Positions 9,926 through 19,992 of a DNA stretch of 64,000 nt are shown in pieces. The DNA is taken from IMG/VR virus record IMGVR_UViG_3300024255_001088. The stretch is one strand, 5' to 3'. The DNA is from a virus. The notes under the pieces were generated by a model, which saw only the letters and a list, made by a program, of their open reading frames with translations, did no database searches and was not told the origin of the DNA. Position 1 is the stretch's first letter; every line of letters starts with the position of its first letter. Made by a program: the position numbers and the translations under genes.

Positions 9926-10649
9926 TCTTTATATACTCCTCGACTCTTCTCAGGTCTTCTATTGTGTCTACTGAAAGACCTTCATCTTTCACTTTAGTCA
10001 TTCTAACTTTTAATCCGTTTTCTACATATCTTAACATTTCTACTGATTCAGATTTCTCATTCTCACCCACAGGTAAATTAGGAAACATTTCTAACATATC
10101 TCTATCAAATGCGTACAAACCTAGTTGTTGTTTATTTGATATTGGTAATCTTGAATAGTGCAATGCATAAGTCTTAAGAAGTTGTGGTGTTCCTATTGCA
10201 ACCTTTACCACATTCTTATCATGTAGTTTGTAGTCATCGTCTATATCGACATATGCATTTGATACACCGCCAGTATGATTCTCTATAAGTGAATCAATTG
10301 CATCTGGATTGATAAGAGGTTCGTCTCCTTGAATATTGACAAATACATTTCCGTCTAGCAGTTCTAGTGCTTTCGCACATCTGTCTGTACCAGAACGCAC
10401 ATCTTCTACTATCATGACACAACGCATCTCATTCTTAGAACAGTAATCATTGATTCGTTCATCGTCTGTAAGAACAACTATGGTATCAAGTTGTTTACAC
10501 TTTGCAACTTGGTCATAGGTTCTTTTAATCATAGGCACACCATCTATTAATGCTAGAGGTTTACCATCAAATCTACTTGATGTCCATCTTGCAGGTATTA
10601 ACCCTACAGTGTGATTATCTGTTCTATTCGGTCTAGAGAGATTTCGCAT
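9918..10649 (-). CDS. kdsB: CMP-KDO synthetase-like cytidylyltransferase
   Basis: IPARWTSSRFDGKPL, SGTDR, VNIQGDEP, VKV, ESVEMLR, SVDT. Confidence 0.92.
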   Translation of the reverse strand: MRNLSRPNRTDNHTVGLIPARWTSSRFDGKPLALIDGVPMIKRTYDQVAKCKQLDTIVVLTDDERINDYCSKNEMRCVMIVEDVRSGTDRCAKALELLDGNVFVNIQGDEPLINPDAIDSLIENHTGGVSNAYVDIDDDYKLHDKNVVKVAIGTPQLLKTYALHYSRLPISNKQQLGLYAFDRDMLEMFPNLPVGENEKSESVEMLRYVENGLKVRMTKVKDEGLSVDTIEDLRRVEEYIKNV

Positions 10650-11200
10650 TTCACTTGTCCATATCCATATTTCACATGAATGAATTTTATACCTGCTCTT
10701 TCAGCAGCCCATTTATCAGTTTGCATATCACCGACATAATAAGTATCTAGTGGGTCTACATTACACATCGCCGTTGCAAATAGTAATTGGTCAGGCGCAG
10801 GTTTGCCTCTTAGACCAGATTTAGGACTAACAACACAATCAAACTCAGGTAAGTCTTTTATCATTACCTTTGTTCGGTCTATATCTTTTGAGGTGGCAAT
10901 GGCAATCTTATGGCCATCTTCTTTCAACTTGTTTAGTGTTTCTACTACACCAGGATATATAGACACTAACTCACAAGACATTAATGATGCTTCATCATAA
11001 GTCTTTTTGATTGCACATTGATTTTCGGTTATACCTATTTCTGTTAATATAGTTTTGAATGGTTTGCCTACATGTTTGAAGTAGTCTTCAAAAGTGGGTT
11101 CTACTTTGTGTTCTAGTTTTACAATGTCCCAAGACATGTTCATGTTTTTCTTCGAGTCGATGAGAACGCCATCGAGGTCGAACATATAAAGTTTCTTCAT
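10604..11200 (-). CDS. HAD-superfamily phosphatase
   Basis: FDLDGVLIDS motif I, ATSK, KPAP, YVGD motif IV. Confidence 0.92.
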   Translation of the reverse strand: MKKLYMFDLDGVLIDSKKNMNMSWDIVKLEHKVEPTFEDYFKHVGKPFKTILTEIGITENQCAIKKTYDEASLMSCELVSIYPGVVETLNKLKEDGHKIAIATSKDIDRTKVMIKDLPEFDCVVSPKSGLRGKPAPDQLLFATAMCNVDPLDTYYVGDMQTDKWAAERAGIKFIHVKYGYGQVKCEISLDRIEQIITL

Positions 11201-11637
11201 TTTTTTGGTACTAAATGGTCCTCTGTTAATATTCTAAATGCAAGTTTTCTTTCAGCACAAAACTCTTCGGCAGCTTTGAACTTTGATTGATTTACTGCAT
11301 AGTTAGATACTTCTGTTAAGTATCTTTTGGTTTTTCTTTTGGGTTCTTTAGGTGGTGAAAGATATTTTTTAGGTTTCACCTCTATGATTTCACGAATAAT
11401 TTTACCTTGCTTATTCTTATACTTAATATAGAAGTCTGGAAAGTATCTATGGATTCTATTATCGAGAGGTGACCTGTAAGGTATGATTACTTCTTCGCTA
11501 CCCCATTCTAATATAGAAGCACTTCCATCGCAATAAACCATAAATCTTCTCTCCCAAAGAGAACGATAAAAGATTTTTGTTGGGTCTCCTTTATATTTTT
11601 TGTAGTTCTTTGGTTTGAACCTTCCACTGTATGACAT
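11197..11637 (-). CDS. gp4: Head completion protein (TnsA-like nuclease fold)
   Basis: YSGRFKPKN...YRSLWE...WGSEE...HRYFPDF...IEVKP. Confidence 0.95.
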   Translation of the reverse strand: MSYSGRFKPKNYKKYKGDPTKIFYRSLWERRFMVYCDGSASILEWGSEEVIIPYRSPLDNRIHRYFPDFYIKYKNKQGKIIREIIEVKPKKYLSPPKEPKRKTKRYLTEVSNYAVNQSKFKAAEEFCAERKLAFRILTEDHLVPKK

Positions 11638-11675
11638 AAATAACTATATTAAAGATTAATCTAAGAGTATTTATA
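11635..11675. promoter_or_regulatory. Divergent late promoters for gp48 (+, CATAAATA 11635-11642) and gp4 (-, TATAAATA 11668-11675)
   Basis: Match to the T4 late consensus on each strand. Confidence 0.7.
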
Positions 11676-12847
11676 TGGCATATATCGACAAACTCCTGAA
11701 CAAATTCAACAAAGTAAAAAATGCAGTCAACAGCATTAAAGGTATTCAGAGTAAAATTCAGTCTATCAACTACACAACAGCTATCGATGCTTTGGGTCTT
11801 GAGAAAGGAGCTGCAGAAGATTTAATCAACAGTAGAAGAAGTTCACTAGAAAAACAATTAAGTTCTTCTGGTATGGCCAGAGGTCATTCTGCTAAACCAC
11901 CTTCTGTTAGGGGAACTAATATAGTTTATCCCTTTCATGACAGATTAGAGAATTACTTAGTCTTTGATATCAGACCAAGAAAGGCAAGAGGAGAATTTGT
12001 ATCTCATCCTGTGCATAAAAACAGAACAATTGCATTGTATGTTCCAGATGCAGTTATATCACAGGCTGCCGTGACATATAGAAACGAGGGTGTTAATACA
12101 TTTCAGAGAACTATAGATGATATGATAACTAATTTCGAAGGATTCGATGGTAGTATTACTGAAGGCGCTAAGAAAATGGGAACAAAGTTCTTACAAAATG
12201 CAGTCAACACCTTGCAAGGTGGTTTAACAAATCTAAAAACTGGTCGTGCAAGTAATCCATTACAAGAACAATTCTTAGATGGTGTTCCTTTTAGGTCATG
12301 GGATTTTACATTTGACTTTTGGGCCAAATCAGCAGACGAAGCTGCAATGGTAAACGAAATTATCTACACATTCAGAAGTTCTATGTTACCAGATGCATAC
12401 TCAGAAAGTTTTGATATAACAAAAGATGGTGAAGGTATGTTTGGTAAAGATTTTGACCCTAAGATGAAACAGGTAGTAAAAGATGCTGACCTAAACGCAA
12501 GTTATTTTAATTATCCGAATGTATTTGAAATATCATTTGAAGGTCCAATGGGAAGTAAAGTAGATGGTTTCTTACCTGCTGTTTGTACAAACGCACAGGT
12601 AGACTATACTGGTGGTCAGAAGTTCTCAACATTTGCTGATGGTAATCCTGTTCATATACAGTTGACACTTAACTTCTTAGAGATTAAGACTATGACTCTT
12701 GGTAATTATGAATCCATTAGTCCTACTGCTGTTTATGATGGTAGTAGACCAATGACCACCGATACAACATTTAACGCATTGTCAAGTTCAAACGAAGAAT
12801 ATAATGATTCGATAGATAGACCTAATCCAGAAGACCCAGGAACATAA
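11675..12847 (+). CDS. gp48: Baseplate tail-tube cap
   Basis: IALYVP, NPLQEQF...FRSWDFTF, YPNVFEI, VDYT, LNFLEI. Confidence 0.85.
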   Translation: MAYIDKLLNKFNKVKNAVNSIKGIQSKIQSINYTTAIDALGLEKGAAEDLINSRRSSLEKQLSSSGMARGHSAKPPSVRGTNIVYPFHDRLENYLVFDIRPRKARGEFVSHPVHKNRTIALYVPDAVISQAAVTYRNEGVNTFQRTIDDMITNFEGFDGSITEGAKKMGTKFLQNAVNTLQGGLTNLKTGRASNPLQEQFLDGVPFRSWDFTFDFWAKSADEAAMVNEIIYTFRSSMLPDAYSESFDITKDGEGMFGKDFDPKMKQVVKDADLNASYFNYPNVFEISFEGPMGSKVDGFLPAVCTNAQVDYTGGQKFSTFADGNPVHIQLTLNFLEIKTMTLGNYESISPTAVYDGSRPMTTDTTFNALSSSNEEYNDSIDRPNPEDPGT

Positions 12848-12848
12848 T

Positions 12849-13586
12849 ATGGCAGATAAATTTTTTAGTAATTTTCCAGAAATTCAATATCAACTTGCCG
12901 ATGGTAGGATTGTATACATCAAAGACTTCTTTAGAAAGTCTAAGATAGAACAAGAATCAGTAAACTCATTAGTAGAGTATGAACTATACTCATTGACCGA
13001 TGGTGAAAGACCAGACACACTTGCAACGAAGATGTATGGTAATGGTAATCTACATTGGACATTCTTTCTTGTCAATGACATAGAAAACTATTATGATTGG
13101 CATAAAGATGTTGGTACATTTGAACGATACATTGATAAAAAATATCCAGGTCAGTATGCTATAGGAACTACAACTGCTGAGATTGTATCTGCCAAATCAT
13201 TTACAGGTGATGTTGCTAATAAGTTTTTACTAGGCGAAAAGGTCACAAGTGTATCAGCAGAAGGAAGAATTATAACTGTTGAACCTGAAAAATACAGAAT
13301 CGCAATTGAGACTGTATCAGGAAGTTTTGTCTCAGGCGAAACAATAACAGGTAAAGTTTCAACAAGAACATTTACACCAAGTTCAATAATCAATCATAGA
13401 GATGGCGTAAAGTATTATGAGAACGCAGACGGTCTTAGAAAGAATCAATCCGCTGTAGGCTACACTTCAAAAACAATCTATGATTGCGAATACGATTTAA
13501 ACGAATCTAAGAGACATATAAAAGTCATCTCACCCAATATCATAAACAACATAGTGAGAAGATTTGAAAAAGTAATGACATCATGA
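12849..13586 (+). CDS. gp53: Baseplate wedge subunit
   Basis: FFSNFP, DGERPDTLATKMYG...HW, NESKRHIKVI. Confidence 0.9.
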   Translation: MADKFFSNFPEIQYQLADGRIVYIKDFFRKSKIEQESVNSLVEYELYSLTDGERPDTLATKMYGNGNLHWTFFLVNDIENYYDWHKDVGTFERYIDKKYPGQYAIGTTTAEIVSAKSFTGDVANKFLLGEKVTSVSAEGRIITVEPEKYRIAIETVSGSFVSGETITGKVSTRTFTPSSIINHRDGVKYYENADGLRKNQSAVGYTSKTIYDCEYDLNESKRHIKVISPNIINNIVRRFEKVMTS

Positions 13587-15067
13587 GTAATAATTATCAA
13601 CAAGGCGAACTTGTTGTTGATTCAGTATCTATAGTAAATCCAGAAAAGGAATCAGTAGATATACTTGGATTAACATCTAACATAACCATATACGAATCAA
13701 TAGATAAACCATTCTTGTCTGGTCGTATAACTGTTGTTGATGGTTTAGATATTATCAAAAACTATAAACTAGTTGGTCAAGAATCACTCACAATTAAAGT
13801 GAGACAAAGAGAAGGTTCAAATGATGAGATGTCATCACCAGAATTTTCTATTGATAAAGTATTCAGAATTTACAGTGTCACTAACATTAAAACAATTGAC
13901 CAAATTACTAAATCATATGTACTACATTTTGTAGACCCCAAATTCTTTATATGTCATAAGACTAAAATTAATCAAACTCTTCGTGGTTCATATTCTAATA
14001 TGTTGCTACAAGTCTTAGAAGAGAACGGAGGTTTCAAAACACTTCCTAAAGTTGGTTATGATAAATGGGACGAAACAGAACCAGGACATAATCAAGTAGT
14101 TGTACCAAATTGGAACATTAATAAGTTCATAAGTTTTATATGTGAAAATGCAGAGTTGAAATCAAACAAATCTTGGAAGAATAGTATGTTCTTTTATCAA
14201 ACTCTTAGTGGTGAATTTAGATTTGATGGTTTTCAGAGTATGGTCGCAAGAGAATTTCCTATAGGGTTTGACTACTATCCAAGAAACAATGTTTCTACTG
14301 AAGACCATGACTTAAATGAAGAATTTATTGGATTGAATACTCAAATAATAAATTACGAAATGCCTCAAAGATTCAATACAATGAAAGGTGTATCTCATGG
14401 TTCATATGCATCGATGTTAAAAACTTATGATCCAGTTAGAAAACTAGAAGAAGAAAATGTATACTCTATAACAAAAGTCTTTGAAAGAGGAAACGATGAC
14501 GGACATGTATCTAAGTTTCCTATGATAAGAACTTCTTCACCCGAAACAATTTACAAAGCAGATGATATGATTTCTTCTGCTGATAGTCCAGAGTTCAGTG
14601 AAGAAACTATAGACTATGCACCCGATGTATCATACGATTCTTATGTCATGCACAAAGTAAATATGACAAATGCATTTTCAGATGAAGCAAAATTAGTAGA
14701 CGCTAGTGGCAATAAATCTATAACACAACAAAAGGGACAAGAATACAGAGATTCTGGACCACTTGAAAGAAGAGCATTATTATCTATGTTTGAACAAAAT
14801 GTAGTTAAAGTTGTTATACCATTTAGAAGTGATATCTCAGTTGGCACTGTAGTCAAATTGACTCTACCAACACATGAGAAAAAGAATGATGACCAACCTG
14901 GAGATGAAATGATGGATAATAGATATTTAATAGGTAAGATGACTGTAAGTATAAACCCATTAGCGAATACAGGAAAGTTGACATTACAAACAATCAAAGA
15001 AAGTTATGGTGTAGATATAACAACATATAAACCATTAGACAAAGTATCTAAACCAGAGGCATCATAA
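13583..15067 (+). CDS. Baseplate hub protein (gp27-like)
   Basis: IYESIDKPFLSGRITVVD, FFYQTL, G-x-YLI pattern; lies between gp53 and gp5. Confidence 0.65.
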   Translation: MSNNYQQGELVVDSVSIVNPEKESVDILGLTSNITIYESIDKPFLSGRITVVDGLDIIKNYKLVGQESLTIKVRQREGSNDEMSSPEFSIDKVFRIYSVTNIKTIDQITKSYVLHFVDPKFFICHKTKINQTLRGSYSNMLLQVLEENGGFKTLPKVGYDKWDETEPGHNQVVVPNWNINKFISFICENAELKSNKSWKNSMFFYQTLSGEFRFDGFQSMVAREFPIGFDYYPRNNVSTEDHDLNEEFIGLNTQIINYEMPQRFNTMKGVSHGSYASMLKTYDPVRKLEEENVYSITKVFERGNDDGHVSKFPMIRTSSPETIYKADDMISSADSPEFSEETIDYAPDVSYDSYVMHKVNMTNAFSDEAKLVDASGNKSITQQKGQEYRDSGPLERRALLSMFEQNVVKVVIPFRSDISVGTVVKLTLPTHEKKNDDQPGDEMMDNRYLIGKMTVSINPLANTGKLTLQTIKESYGVDITTYKPLDKVSKPEAS

Positions 15068-16077
15068 TGGATTGGTATTACGGCATAGTAGAAGATAGAA
15101 ACGACCCACTGAAGATTGGTCGTGTTAGAGTTCGTGTTCATGGTTGTCATACGGATGATAAGAATAAAATATCCTCACCAGACTTACCTTGGTCACATGT
15201 TATCATGCCCACAACAAATGCTGGTCTTGGTGGTTTTGGTATTCAACATTCTCTCGTAGAGGGAACTACTGTATTTGGTTTCTGGAGAGATGAAGACATG
15301 CAAGACTTTGTTGTCATGGGTGTTCAACAAGGTATCTCACAACAAGGATATAAAGAAACTATAACCGATGAATTAATTCTTCGTAGTGTAGATAAAGGTT
15401 TCAATGACCCTAGAAGAAAGACTGAGGCAGATTACAGTGGAACGAATGATGGTTTAAATCCACCTAGTGCTCCACAAAGACCAAACTCATTATCTCTTTC
15501 ACTAGAAAAATCTCCACAATTACTTAAAGATGCAGGCATAACATATGGTGGGGCAGGTTCAAAGAGAGTAGAATTTACAGAGGCAGATAAAGAGTTGCCT
15601 TATTATCCTTTAGTCAAAGATGCAACAGATGTAAATGTATTTACAACAGGTGATGCGAAGTATGACTCAAGGGATATGTCCGAGTATATCACAAATGCTA
15701 AGTCAAATGCAACCCCTATGTATCCTTTCAACAAAGCATTGTACACTGAATCTGGTCACATAGTAGAACTAGATGATACAAGAGGCAATGAGAGAATCTC
15801 AGTAGAACATAGAACAGGTACTTTCTATGAAATAGATGCAGATGGTAATGAGATTCATAGAGTAGTCAATGATAACTATACAGTTATATGTAAAGATAAC
15901 GAACTCTATGTTGGTGGTAAAGTAAACATAAAAGTTTTAGGCGATGCAACAGTAAATGTTGATGGCGAAACAAAAGTACATTCTAAAAAGAAGATGACCT
16001 TAAGTTCAGGTAATGAAGTTGAAGTTGTCGCACCAATAGTATCAATCAATGGTGCAGAAGTGAAACTGAATTCATAA
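15067..16077 (+). CDS. gp5: Baseplate central spike, no lysozyme domain
   Basis: GIVEDRNDPLKIGRVRVRVHG OB-fold; YPFN...TESGH...DDT...ERI...HRTGT; short beta-helix. Confidence 0.93.
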   Translation: MDWYYGIVEDRNDPLKIGRVRVRVHGCHTDDKNKISSPDLPWSHVIMPTTNAGLGGFGIQHSLVEGTTVFGFWRDEDMQDFVVMGVQQGISQQGYKETITDELILRSVDKGFNDPRRKTEADYSGTNDGLNPPSAPQRPNSLSLSLEKSPQLLKDAGITYGGAGSKRVEFTEADKELPYYPLVKDATDVNVFTTGDAKYDSRDMSEYITNAKSNATPMYPFNKALYTESGHIVELDDTRGNERISVEHRTGTFYEIDADGNEIHRVVNDNYTVICKDNELYVGGKVNIKVLGDATVNVDGETKVHSKKKMTLSSGNEVEVVAPIVSINGAEVKLNS

Positions 16078-17594
16078 TGGCTATAACACTACAAGTTCCA
16101 AGTTCGTTTGCTTGTCCGAATGATGACATATTCTCTTTACCAACTAGAGAAGATTTAGTCAATGCAATAAACGATATCGCAAAAATCCCTAGTGAGTTAA
16201 AAGCAGAGGCAGTAAAACTAGGTGATGAACTTTCTGTAGAAGCACAAGAAGAAATAGACAAGATTGTTGAAGACATAGAAAAGTTTATGGACACGATTGC
16301 TGAAATATTGAGTCCTTATTGGAAGAAAGGTCAAACTCGTAATTGGCAGAAAGAAGCGAAAGATGCGATTACAGAATTCATACAAGAGTTTCATATCTAT
16401 GTACCAACTAAAGTTGCAGAACTAATATCAAAAATTATACCTGTCTCTTTAAAACTAAGTCTCTTCGGATTGACTATCGATTGTCTTAGATTGTTTGACC
16501 CAGCATATCAAAAAGAATTACAAGACCAGATATCAGGAATAACAAAAGAACATCTTGCAGAACTCGAAAAGATTAAAGAAGACTTGAAAAAGGATGTTAT
16601 AACCCAAGAAGAGTTTGAGAAAAAACTAAAAGAGTTAAACGAGAAGAAGAGTAAGATTGTAGATAAGTTCTTTGCATTTATTCCAGAAAAGATTAGAGGG
16701 TTTAATGCAGAGTTTGGTGTCAAGTGTGATGAGTGGAAAGCAAAGATGACTTGGCAATACATTAAAACTAAGATACAAGAATTCTTAACTAATGGTTTAC
16801 ATGCAGTCTTTGGTAAGTTGATTGATAAGTTTGATAAGATATGGGATGCATTAGGTTTGCCCAATCTCATATCTCTATTCACTATGGACATTCCTACTCT
16901 AATTGATGAGGCAATAAAATCATTTAAAGAGAAGAGAGATAAGTTAGTAGAAGACCTAAAAGACCCAGATTTAGAACAAAAGGCAAGAGACAAAATATTA
17001 GAAAAGATTGATGGTGTCAACAAACAGATAACAGATGCATTGAATGAATTTAGTATTTTTGGTTTTGATATCGCAAAGATTATAGGTGGCAAAATAGATG
17101 AAACTGTAACCTCTATTGAAGATAAGATTGTAGAAATTAAAATTGCATTTGAGGATTTCAAACAAAACTGGCAGAAGAAGTTGATGTTTGATTGGGTTAA
17201 GTTAGTTAAGAAGTTTTTTAGTGCGATAGGTTTAGGTTCAATATTCAAACCAATCTTTTTTACTTTATGTGACTTACTTAAACTTATTGGTTTTCCTCCA
17301 TCGATACCGAGTATTGGTGCGATTGCAGGTTTAACAAGTATAGTTCAGACAGAACCAAAAGTAAACACATATGTTCCTGATAGAGGAGACGATAGTGGTG
17401 TTAATTTTAAGAACGGAGATAGTGAGACAACAACATTTGATATTCCTGTCGCATCAGGAAATACAAAAGTATTTAAAGACGGTGTAGAATTAGAAATAGG
17501 AACAGATTATACAGTATCAGGTGGGTTGAATCCTAAAGTCATTTTTAATACGGCACCTTTATTAACCGAAAGTGTATCAATACTGAAAATATAA
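16077..17594 (+). CDS. Hypothetical helical virion-module protein
   Basis: 505 aa, coupled to gp5; coiled-coil body with a C-terminal beta domain (VFKDGVEL...DYTV). Confidence 0.6.
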   Translation: MAITLQVPSSFACPNDDIFSLPTREDLVNAINDIAKIPSELKAEAVKLGDELSVEAQEEIDKIVEDIEKFMDTIAEILSPYWKKGQTRNWQKEAKDAITEFIQEFHIYVPTKVAELISKIIPVSLKLSLFGLTIDCLRLFDPAYQKELQDQISGITKEHLAELEKIKEDLKKDVITQEEFEKKLKELNEKKSKIVDKFFAFIPEKIRGFNAEFGVKCDEWKAKMTWQYIKTKIQEFLTNGLHAVFGKLIDKFDKIWDALGLPNLISLFTMDIPTLIDEAIKSFKEKRDKLVEDLKDPDLEQKARDKILEKIDGVNKQITDALNEFSIFGFDIAKIIGGKIDETVTSIEDKIVEIKIAFEDFKQNWQKKLMFDWVKLVKKFFSAIGLGSIFKPIFFTLCDLLKLIGFPPSIPSIGAIAGLTSIVQTEPKVNTYVPDRGDDSGVNFKNGDSETTTFDIPVASGNTKVFKDGVELEIGTDYTVSGGLNPKVIFNTAPLLTESVSILKI

Positions 17595-17605
17595 TAACGG
17601 AGATG

Positions 17606-17613
17606 TATAAATA
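17606..17613 (+). promoter_or_regulatory. T4-type late promoter
   Basis: TATAAATA just upstream of gp25. Confidence 0.8.
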
Positions 17614-17618
17614 GATAT

Positions 17619-18047
17619 ATGGCAAATCTCAATGACTACTCAAAACCGAATTCTAAAGTAAATGCTCAGAAGAATGAGTATACAGACTTGGATATACTAT
17701 TTAGTGCGAATCCTATATCAGGCGATATCACAACTAAGAAGGATTCAGATGCAGTTAAGAGGTCAGTAAGAAATATTTTGTTAACCAATCACTATGAAAG
17801 ACCATTTAAACCAAATTTTGGTGCAAATTTGAGGTCTCAATTATTCGAATTAGATGGTATTGGTGCAAAAAAGAGAATAACAAAAGACATAATAGAATCA
17901 TTATCAATATTAGAACCTAGAATTGGCAATATAAGAGTAGATATAAGTGATTCAGAGGCAAACAACATAGATGTAAGAGTCAGTTATGTCATTAGAAACG
18001 GATTAAAACAATCAAGTGTAGATTTTACAGTAAGTAGGGTACGATAA
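17619..18047 (+). CDS. gp25: Baseplate wedge subunit
   Basis: YTDLD, AVKRSVRNILLT, ERPFKPNFG, EPRI. Confidence 0.95.
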   Translation: MANLNDYSKPNSKVNAQKNEYTDLDILFSANPISGDITTKKDSDAVKRSVRNILLTNHYERPFKPNFGANLRSQLFELDGIGAKKRITKDIIESLSILEPRIGNIRVDISDSEANNIDVRVSYVIRNGLKQSSVDFTVSRVR

Positions 18048-19918
18048 TGACAATAAAAAGTTCACAAATAAACGCAACAGACCTAGATTTCGAAGAAATT
18101 GGCGATAATATCAAGACCTACCTTAAAGGTCAAGAAAAATTTAAAGATTATGACTTCGAAGGTTCTAATATGTCGGTACTTATTGACATGTTGGCATATG
18201 CAGGACACATTGGTGGTCTAAACACAAACCTGGCTGCATCAGAAATGTTTCTAGACTCAGCACAATTAAGAAAGAATGTTGTATCTCGTGCAAAAGACTT
18301 AGGGTTCACACCTGCATCTGAAAGAGCTACGGCTGCTCAGATTGAAGTTAAACTTACAAATATCTCTAACGCAAACGGAACTATACCAACAGCGAATGAC
18401 ATGACTCTAAACAGAGGTCACAACTTCTCTACAACATTTGATGGCATATCATATAACTTTGTTAATGCATCTTCAGTAGTACCTATTAGAGATAATCAAG
18501 TATTCACCTATTCATTGGTAGATATCATTCAAGGTCAGTATGTGACAGATTCATTTGTATTTGATAATCAGATTAAAAATGCAAAGTTTGTATTGTCTAA
18601 TGGAAGAGTTGATAAATCCAGATTAGAAATATCTGTAAACTCAAACGGTTCAGTATCAAAGTATTCACTCTCAACAGAAGTGTCAACAATTACAAGTTCA
18701 TCTCGTGTATTCTATGCACAAGAAAACGAAGAGGGTTTTATTGAGATATACTTTGGTGATGGTGTATTGGGCAATGGTTTGAATGATGGCGATGTTATAA
18801 GTGCCACTTATATTGCAGTTGATGATATTCATGCTGATGGTGCAAAAATATTCACATCTACAGATACAATCAATGGATTCTCAAACGCTACTATCACGAC
18901 TTTGACGATTGCTGGTGGCGGTGCAGAGAAAGAATCTATCGAATCAATTAAGTTCAAAGCAACAAAGTTCTATACATCACAAAATAGATTAGTCACATTG
19001 AATGACTATAAAGCAAAGGTACAAGAATACTATCCCAACGCTGATGCAGTTGCAGTATGGGGTGGCGAAGACAACGATCCACCTGAGTATGGTAAAGTAT
19101 TCATAACACTTAAACCACAAAATTCAGATTACTTATCAACTGTAGAAAAAAATCAAGTACAGAATAAACTAAATCAACTTAACATGTTGACTGTTAGACC
19201 TGTAATTGTAGATGCAGAGATAGTTAAAATTCTATTGACTACTGTATTCAAATACAACCAAGCAGATACTACATTATCAAAAGGAGAGTTAGAGACCATA
19301 GTAAGAAATGGCATAGTCTCTTTTGATAATACAAATTTAAACAACTTCGATAGTATATTCAGACATTCAAATCTCGCCAAGGCGATTGATGAAACGAATG
19401 TTGCAATACTATCCAATGTGACCAATGTTAGATTGCAAAAACGAAAACATCTTAAGATAAGCCTTACAGAAGGTTTTAATGTTATCTTTGGAAATGGTTT
19501 TTATCATCCTCATGACGGCCATAACAAGGCTGCTGGGGGCATTTTAACATCAACAGGTTTTAAGGTCGAAGGCGATATAGTCAATACTTACTTCTTTGAT
19601 GATGACGGTTCTGGTAATGTCAGACGATATTCATTAGATAGTGGTACAAGAGTGTTCGCAGACCAAAGTGCTGGTACTATAGATTATGCCAGTGGAAAGA
19701 TTTCGATTGATGCCATCAAATTTACTTCAACAGTAAATAGTGACACATCGATAGACTTCACCGTTATACCTTCAAGTGGCGATGTTGTTGCAATTAGGGG
19801 TTCCCTAGTTGACATCAGCATTGACGACATTAGGGTTAGTGGCGAAGTTGACACCATTAGTAGTGGTGAGAGTAGTGCTGGGGTAGGTTTTACATCTACA
19901 TCTAGTACAAATTATTAA
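18047..19918 (+). CDS. gp6: Baseplate wedge subunit
   Basis: LDFEEI, FKDYDFEGS, EMFLDSAQLR, QNRLVTLNDY, WGGEDN. Confidence 0.96.
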   Translation: MTIKSSQINATDLDFEEIGDNIKTYLKGQEKFKDYDFEGSNMSVLIDMLAYAGHIGGLNTNLAASEMFLDSAQLRKNVVSRAKDLGFTPASERATAAQIEVKLTNISNANGTIPTANDMTLNRGHNFSTTFDGISYNFVNASSVVPIRDNQVFTYSLVDIIQGQYVTDSFVFDNQIKNAKFVLSNGRVDKSRLEISVNSNGSVSKYSLSTEVSTITSSSRVFYAQENEEGFIEIYFGDGVLGNGLNDGDVISATYIAVDDIHADGAKIFTSTDTINGFSNATITTLTIAGGGAEKESIESIKFKATKFYTSQNRLVTLNDYKAKVQEYYPNADAVAVWGGEDNDPPEYGKVFITLKPQNSDYLSTVEKNQVQNKLNQLNMLTVRPVIVDAEIVKILLTTVFKYNQADTTLSKGELETIVRNGIVSFDNTNLNNFDSIFRHSNLAKAIDETNVAILSNVTNVRLQKRKHLKISLTEGFNVIFGNGFYHPHDGHNKAAGGILTSTGFKVEGDIVNTYFFDDDGSGNVRRYSLDSGTRVFADQSAGTIDYASGKISIDAIKFTSTVNSDTSIDFTVIPSSGDVVAIRGSLVDISIDDIRVSGEVDTISSGESSAGVGFTSTSSTNY

Positions 19919-19992
19919 TAATATGAAAAAAGTGGTCATGGTTTATGCCATGAGTAGTTTCCCATTCAATTGGATTATAGGAGGAAAATAGA

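Noticed and set aside
10604-10649. Programmed frameshift fusing HAD and KdsB
   Set aside because: There is a 46-nt overlap, but KdsB has its own ATG with an upstream GGA and no clear slippery site.
11197-11637. TnsA transposase / Tn7 element
   Set aside because: Sequence and synteny match the T4 gp4 head completion protein; no other tns genes are present.
16508-17248. 246-aa minus-strand ORF
   Set aside because: Fully antisense to a coupled + strand gene, with the S/L/F/I-rich composition typical of a shadow frame.
19919-19992. TCATGG/CCATGA hairpin and 22-codon ORF between gp6 and 19993
   Set aside because: A single short stem and a tiny ORF; insufficient support.
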